Part shown: positions 61,249 to 64,000 of the stretch, in pieces
How the letters are laid out: the number at the start of each line of letters is the position of its first letter
How positions within the stretch are numbered: the stretch's first letter is position 1
Assembly (NCBI GenBank): GCA_963843735.1
Contig: CAWJLN010000008.1
Location: forward strand, 164,818 to 228,817
Length of the DNA: 64,000 nucleotides
Direction: 5' to 3'
Source: an uncultured Gammaproteobacteria bacterium
GTDB lineage: Bacteria > Pseudomonadota > Gammaproteobacteria > JAKDMP01
The notes under the pieces: model-generated
Told to the model about the DNA's origin: nothing
Database searches by the model: none
Seen by the model: the letters and a program-made list of their open reading frames with translations, nothing else
Translations under genes and position numbers: made by a program

Positions 61249-64000
61249 TTATACTGATTTGCCCCCGGAGTTTAGACCAGCTTGAGTGAGAGTTGAGCTT
61301 GATCTCGAATTAGCTGCCGCGCTGTTTTTCATCACCCGCCAAAGGATAAGATGACCATTACCCACCTTGTCATCCGTTTCCAGAAAAGAGACCTCGGTTA
61401 GTTGGGTGTCGAGATGGGCAGCATTATACCAATCCGCGATGGCGCGCAGGCTTTCTGGTGAAAAAACGCTGTAATGTAGTATGACTGGCGTCCCGGCAGC
61501 AAACGCACGTGCCGGATGCGTTGAGCGAAGCTCATAATGTTTGATGTGTTCTTCTATCGGTGTGATTGGACGCCCGTGATCGGTAGGTTCGGCATCCCGC
61601 TTGGGCACAATCGCCAGGATGTACCCATTCGGGCGGACAACGCGACACCATTCTTCAAGTGCACCCAACGGATTAGCGATATGTTCCCAAACATGAGAAC
61701 TTAACACGAAATCCTGACTGCTATCGCGCACCGGAATATCTTCTGCTGAAGCAGGAATATCGATGCGGGCCCAGTCTCCGCACATTTGAATCTGGGAAGC
61801 TCTGTAAAAATCGAAGTCTTCAGCGTCGAGTTCTCGCGTCAGACCGACGTTTTTCGTCTGGAGTTCGAAACGGGTTATGCGCCGCCGCGCCGATCTCGAG
61901 ACCTTTCAATCCATCAAGAAATTGGTGGGCAAGGGGCGATTCCCGAAACCGTAGGCTGCGATTACTGGGAGTTGTAGGTTCAGCAAGCGCCGGCTTTACC
62001 TGTTCACGCAGAATTTGTTGATAAACGCTTAGCGTATGTGCACTTTGTGCCTCGGATGTATAACGCGCCAGAACATCCCGCCGGGCATTTTTGCCGAGTC
62101 GCTCCCGCACTTCAGGATCGGTGATCAGAATGCGTAGGTAGGTATACCAATCATCTGGTTCAGTCGCCAGGAAACCCGTTTCGCCGTGACGGATCGCGAT
62201 GCGGAAATCCTCGGTCGAGGAGGCGATAGTGGGAACTTCGACAATAGCGGCCTCAAAGTATTTGAGGGCACTTTTACCTAAGGTAAACGGATTGATTGCC
62301 AGAGGGGCAATGTTCACGTCAAAATGCGCCGTATCTTCAACAAGCTGCTCCCACGACGTGTATTTAGATCGCTCTACCTGAGCCGCAAAAAGGGATAATT
62401 CCGGGGGGAGCTCAAGAAAACCCTGAACGATGAGCCTTACCGTGGGAAATTCGCTCAGGATGCGTGCCAGGGCAGGAACAGCAGCGGCGAAATCTTGTTG
62501 GTGGGTGGGTGATCCGCTTAGATAACCGATCCGTACCTCTGAAGTTGGCTGTTTTTGTTGCAATGCCTGCTCTGCCAACTCTAATTGGCGATCATTCAAC
62601 CCGTTACGGATGACAAATGCCTCTTTTCCCTGCCTTCGTGCACTATTTGAGATATGTTCCGTGCTGCCAATGAAAAAGTCGCAGCAGCGCAGCATTTGGC
62701 TGTACCCACTCATTCCCGCTACATAGGTTTCCAGTTCATGCCCCGCAAGCGTTGAGGCCGTATTGATGTATTGCAGCATCGATGTGTCGAAAATAAGATC
62801 GTCTATCTCAAACACGATGGGAATGCCGAGATTACGCGCTTCTTTCAAAAAAGGAGCCATTTCGGGGGTATAGGCTACGCGAGCAAAAACCACAATATTG
62901 AATTGCAGCGCTCGCTGGGGCATCATGAGGAACTCTCGCTCGTCGATCCAATTGGTTTTGATATTCTTCTTCTGAAGCTGCTCCTGGATATTGAATACGC
63001 GATAGCGCTTGCTCGATATTTCTGGAACAGGAACAATAAATAAGATGGTGAAATTGCTGAGCATGGGTCGCTGGCGGCTTTCCGGGAATTTCTGCCGAGC
63101 GAGCGCTTTCTTTACGCCGTTCTGAGCTCGGCTGGGAAAATAGCGCCGCTCTCCTCGCAACCAGCGATAAAGGCGGTTGGCGAAGGGAATAACGCCTTCT
63201 GTGCGCAGAATACTGAATGATGTTCGCAGCAGCATAAAGACTCGCTCACGGCTTCGCTGGATTGTGAACAACCGGTGAGACGGCAAAAATTGTAAGCTGC
63301 TTTCTTTCGTTGGTACGATTTGATCATCATAAAGGCCCATAGCGAGGGTAGTCTGTGCACGGAGCTCCTCAATTTGCGCAGTGTACGCCTCAGCAAGCTT
63401 GATACGTTTTTCTTTTTCCCGCCTTAGAGCTGTCTCCAATATGGCCTGAGTTTCACCCCCGCCCGCGATGGAGCTGTTTTTAATCGTTTCATGCTGCTCG
63501 ATCAGAAGTGCGTTCTCCTGACGCACCTGTTCAAGTAGGCTGCGGCTGTTGAGAATTTCGCGTTGCTGATTCCACATATGATTGCCATAGTCCCGGAGAA
63601 TCTGAGGGAGTACCGGCGGGCGTCGTTGAAAAATCATCGCCCAAGCAGAGATATACGAAGCATCTAGTTCAGGGACATAAATCAACCCATGCTGGGCAAA
63701 TCTCTCGATCCAGTATCCGGGTTTTTGCACATTGACATGCGTCGGCTCAGAGAAATCGTCGGGTGTTGACGAAAATACAATGGTATCGCCCCAGCGGGAT
63801 AAGTTTGCAATGGCGACATCGGCCTCCGATTCGGAGAGATGTTCAAGCACTTCAATGCAGGTGATAATGTCATAACGTTTCGTGACCGCGTTTGGGTTGA
63901 GTACATTGTCGATGCTAACGTATGGTTTGAGATGATCGGGTACCTGGCTTACAGCATATTCCGAGATGTCAAAACCTTCCGCCGCGACACCGTAGTTACG
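61249..64000 (-). pseudogene. partial multidomain protein: class I SAM-methyltransferase (N-terminus beyond window end) - coiled coil - GT1/GT4 glycosyltransferase - second class I SAM-methyltransferase; frameshift near 61,855-61,875 between ORF 61820..63850 and ORF 61249..61785
   Basis: Window end region encodes ...DIITCIEVLEHLSESEADVAIANLSRWGDTIVFSSTP (MTase post-motif-II). GT1 C-terminal domain (EAAIVEVPTIASSTEDFRIAIRHGETGFLA). Second MTase motif I GLEIGAAAHNPF, then in the next frame ...IDIPASAEDIPVRDSSQDFVLSSHVWEHIANPLGALEEWCRVVRPNGYILAIVP. Confidence 0.65.

Overview
The window is a composite of two regions. Bases 1 to about 33,590 are a high-GC (roughly 65-70%) proteobacterial core-genome stretch with tightly packed, mostly intact housekeeping genes: partial TPR-sulfotransferase, dacB, xseA, putA, sdaA, an Asp/Asn beta-hydroxylase, queA-tgt-yajC-secD-secF, suhB, trmJ, an IscS-like cysteine desulfurase, a cysteine-less IscU-like protein, kynA, a POT peptide transporter, hppD, then hmgA, a fumarylacetoacetate hydrolase (FAH)-family gene and maiA, a bicupin, a VOC protein, smpB-ratA-rnfH, bamE, fur, recN, nadK, a GST and a truncated pabB-like gene. 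In this part an intact hppD is followed by a DUF559 mini-element flanked by inverted repeats, and the downstream homogentisate pathway carries four frameshifts (hmgA, FAH-family, maiA twice). At about 33,595 a pabB-like gene and an IS110-family transposase are both cut off at one junction. The rest of the window has lower and patchy GC, down to about 45-57% from 50 kb onward, and looks like an accessory or mobile region, or possibly a chimeric assembly. This second region contains: a structured non-coding region upstream of the IS110 recombinase (bridge-RNA-like candidate); a kdpFABCDE potassium-transport locus, with kdpA and kdpC frameshifted and an extra small hydrophobic ORF ahead of kdpF; a translationally coupled minus-strand operon (small protein, then a 1020-aa trypsin-like protease-STAND NTPase-TPR protein, then a TM0106-type RecB/Cas4-like nuclease with an RNase H-like domain) that looks like an undescribed or poorly described Avs/NLR-like antiviral defence system; a prophage-like module (HNH-AP2 endonuclease, DnaD-like replication initiator with internal iteron-like palindromes, MerR-like regulator, triple ~27-bp direct repeats in a divergent promoter region); and a decayed restriction-like locus (frameshifted SNF2 helicase with a DUF3883-like C-terminus, VapBC, DUF1156 fragment, Uma2 endonuclease, and a partial methyltransferase-glycosyltransferase-methyltransferase fusion). 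No tRNA, rRNA or CRISPR array was found. Several genes carry frameshifts; from sequence alone I cannot tell real pseudogenes from assembly indels.
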